Assembly: GCA_964016885.1 (NCBI GenBank) | Contig: OZ024744.1 | Coordinates: 134,044,001-134,108,000, forward strand | DNA from: Eledone cirrhosa | Taxonomy: Eukaryota | DNA: 64,000 nt | Reading direction: 5' to 3' | In this document: positions 61,251-64,000 of the stretch, piece by piece | How the letters are laid out: every line of letters begins with the position of its first letter | Position numbering within the stretch: position 1 is the first letter of the stretch | Made by a program: the position numbers and the translations under genes | The notes under the pieces: generated by a model | The model's database searches: none | What the model was told of the DNA's origin: nothing | Seen by the model: only the letters and a program-made list of their open reading frames with translations

Positions 61251-64000
61251 TTTAAGTTAAGTTGGGGTTAAGTTAAGTTGGGGATAAGTTAAGTTGGGGT
61301 TAAGTTAAGTTGGGGTTAAGTTAAGTTGGGGTTAAGTTAAGTTGGGGCTAAGTTAAGTTGGGGCTGAGTTAAGTTGGGGTTAAGTTAAGTTGGGGTTAAG
61401 TTAAGTTGGGGTTAATTTAAGTTGGGGTTTATTTAAGTTGGGGTTACGTTAAGTTGGTGTTAAGTTAAGTTGGGGTTAATTTAAGTTGGGGTTAATTAAG
61501 TTGGGGTTAAGTTAAGTTGGGGTTAAGTTAAGTTGGGGTTAAGTTAAGTTGGGGTTAAGTTAAGTTGGGGTTAAGTTAAGTTGGGGTTAAGTTAAGTTGA
61601 GGTTAAGTTAAGTTGGGGTTAAATTAAGTTGGGGTTAAGTTAAGTTGGGGTTAAGTTAAGTTGGGGATAAGTTAAGTTGGGGTTAAGTTAAGTTGGGGTT
61701 AAGTTAAGTTGGGGTTAAGTTAAGTTGGGGTTAAGTTAAGTTGGGGATAAGTTAAGTTGGGGATAATTTAAGTTGGGGTTAAGTTAAGTTGGGTTTAAGT
61801 TAAGTTGGGGTTAAGTTAAGTTGGGGATAAGTTAAGTTGGGGTTAAGTTAAGTTGGGGTTAATTTAAGTTGGGGTTAAGTTAAGTTGGGGCTAAGTTAAG
61901 TTGGGGATAAGTTAAGTTGGGGTTAAGTTAAGTTGAGGTTAAGTTAAGTTGGGGTTAAATTAAGTTGGGGTTAAGTTAAGTTGGGGTTAAGTTAAGTTGG
62001 GGTTACGTTAAGTTGGGGATAAGTTAAGTTGGGGATAATTTAAGTTGGGGTTAAGTTAAGTTGGGTTTAAGTTAAGTTGGGGTTAAGTTAAGTTGGGGAT
62101 AAGTTAAGTTGGGGTTAAGTTAAGTTGGGGTTAAGTTAAGTTGGGGTTAAGTTAAGTTGGGGCTAAGTTAAGTTGGGGCTGAGTTAAGTTGGGGTCAAGT
62201 TAAGTTGGGGTTAAGTTAAGTTGGGGTTAATTTAAGTTGGGGTTTATTTAAGTTGGGGTTACGTTAAGTTGGTGTTAAGTTAAGTTGGGGTTAATTTAAG
62301 TTGGGGTTAATTAAGTTGGGGTTAAGTTAAGTTGGGGTTAAGTTAAGTTGGGGTTAATTTAAGTTGGGGTTGAGTTAAGTTGGGGTTAAGTTAAGTTGAG
62401 GTTAAGTTAAGTTGGGGTTAAATTAAGTTGGGGTTCAGTTAAGTTGGGTATAAGTTAAGTTGGGGTTAAGTTAAGTTGGGGTTAAGTTAAGTTGGGGTTA
62501 AGTTAAGTTGGGGTTAAGTTAAGTTGGGGTTAATTTAAGTTGGGTTTTATTTACGTTGGGGTTACGTTAAGTTGGTGTTAAGTTAAGTTGGGGTTAATTT
62601 AAGTTGGGGTTAATTAAGTTGGGGTTAAGTTAAGTTGGGGTTAAGTTAAGTTGGGGTTAATTTAAGTTGGGGTTGAGTTAAGTTGGGGTTAAGTTAAGTT
62701 GGGGTTATATTAAGTTGGGGTTAAGTTAAGTTGGGGTTCAGTTAAGTTGGGTATAAGTTAAGTTGGGGTTAAGTTAAGTTGGGGTTAAGTTAAGTTGGGG
62801 TTAAGTTAAGTTGGTGTTAAGTTAAGTTGTGGCTAAGTTAAGTTGGGGCTGAGTTAAGTTGGGGCTGAGTTAAGTTGGGGTTAAGTTAAGTTGGGGTCAA
62901 GTTAAGTTGGGGTTAAGTTGGGGTTAAGTTAAGTTAGGTTTAAGTTAAGATGGGGTTAAGTTAAGTTGGGGTTAAGTTAAGTTGGGGTTAAGTTAAGTCG
63001 GGGTTAAGTTAAGTTGGGGTTAAGTTAAGTTGGGGTTAATTTAAGTTGGGGTTAAGTTAAGTTGGGGTCAAGTTAAGTTGGGGTTAAGTTGGGGTTAAGT
63101 TAATTTGTGGTTAAGTTAAGTTGGGGTTAAGTTGGGGTTAAGTTAAGTTAGGTTTAAGTTAAGTTGGGGTTAAGTTAAGTTGGGGTTAAGTTAATTTGTG
63201 GTTAAGTTAAGTTGGGGTTAAGTTGGGGTTAAGTTAAGTTAGGTTTAAGTTAAGTTGGGGTCAAGTTAAGTTGGGGTTAAGTTAAGTTGGGGTTAAGTTA
63301 AGTTGGGGTTAAGTTAATTTGTGGTTAAGTTAAGTTGGGGTTAAGTTAAGTTGGGGTTAAGTTAAGTTGGGGTTAAGTTAAGTCGGGGTTAAGTTAAGTT
63401 GGGGTTAAGTTAAGTTGGGGTTAATTTAAGTTGGGGTTAAGTTAAGTTGGGGTTAAGTTAAGTTGGGGTTAAATTAAGTTGGGGTTAAGTTAAGTTGGGG
63501 TTAAGTCAAGTTGGGGTTAAGTTAAGTTGGGGATAAGTTAAGTTGGGGATAATTTAAGTTGGGGTTAAGTTAAGTTGGGTTTAAGTTAAGTTGGGGTTAA
63601 GTTAAGTTGGGGTTAAGTTAAGTTGGGGTTAAGTTAAGTTGGGGTTAAGTTAAGTTGGGGTTAAATTAAGTTGGGGTTAAGTTAAGTTGGGGTTAAGTCA
63701 AGTTGGGGTTAAGTTAAGTTGGGGATAAGTTAAGTTGGGGATAATTTAAGTTGGGTTTAAGTTAAGTTGGGGTTAAGTTAAGTTGGGGTTAAGTTAAGTT
63801 GGGGTTAAGTTAAGTTGGGGTTAATTTAAGTTGGGGCTAAGTTAAATTGGGACTGAGTTAAGTTGGGGTTAAGTTAAGTTGGGGTTACGTTAAGTTGGGG
63901 TTAAGTTAAGTTGGAGTTTATTTAAGTTGGGGTTAAGTTAAGTTGGGGTTCAGTTAAGTTGGGGTTAAGTTAAGTTGGGGTTAAGATGGGGTTAAATTAA

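Larger units (their letters stand above)
1..64000 (+). repeat. Tandem satellite array, 16-bp monomer TTAAGTTAAGTTGGGG (reverse complement CCCCAACTTAACTTAA), about 4,000 copies, single orientation, running to both window edges
   Basis: Read directly: every line is the consensus or a 1-3 substitution variant. Occasional 11-bp (TTAAGTTGGGG), 15-bp (TTAATTAAGTTGGGG) and 17-bp (..TTAGGGG) units occur. Consensus is T6 A4 G6 C0 on +. No C-rich or unique stretch was seen. Confidence 0.99.

Noticed and set aside
1-64000. Protein-coding ORFs
   Set aside because: TTAA occurs twice per monomer on both strands and 16 is not a multiple of 3, so every consensus frame meets TAA twice per 48 nt. With TAA read as Gln the + strand would give (LSQVGVKLSWGQVKLG)n, but there is no gene context or codon-level constraint to support this.
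1-64000. CRISPR array or other repeat-spacer system
   Set aside because: There are no unique spacers. All variation is point substitution or small indels within a 16-bp monomer, and no associated genes are present.
1-64000. piggyBac or other transposon insertion at the abundant TTAA sites
   Set aside because: No terminal inverted repeats, foreign sequence or interruption of the array were seen.
1-64000. Variants as random sequencing error
   Set aside because: The same rare variants recur in the same order at constant offsets, and homopolymer indels are rare. Individual singleton variants could still be errors.
1-64000. Inversion or telomere-telomere fusion point
   Set aside because: No CCCCAA-oriented segment was seen; the orientation is uniform.
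1-64000. Variant order as a functional information-storage code
   Set aside because: Ordinary mutation followed by segmental duplication explains the order, and nothing in the window indicates a reader or writer mechanism.
1-64000. Assignment to a particular organism (ciliate, bee or other)
   Set aside because: Similarity of 5-11 bp motifs is too weak to identify a taxon, and there is no unique sequence in the window.

Overview
The whole 64-kb window is one uninterrupted, head-to-tail tandem array of a 16-bp monomer, TTAAGTTAAGTTGGGG = (TTAAG)2-TTGGGG, about 4,000 copies, with the G-rich strand on +. I found no genes, RNA genes, transposons, CRISPR spacers, inversions or unique sequence, so the organism cannot be identified; array size and type suggest a eukaryote. 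The array is not random. Recurrent point and indel variants appear in a conserved order and form a roughly 2.4-2.5 kb (about 150-monomer) higher-order cycle. That cycle has been rearranged by nested duplications from 160 bp to about 6.7 kb long, at offsets from 160 bp to 25.4 kb, which can be traced with rare marker variants. The monomer looks telomere-like (G4 tract, no C on +), but the inherited variant pattern indicates recombination or replication-based amplification rather than ongoing telomerase synthesis. The best reading is a telomere-like satellite: subtelomeric, interstitial, centromeric, or a recombination-maintained telomere. Marker positions were counted by hand, and segment boundaries are approximate to a few monomers.
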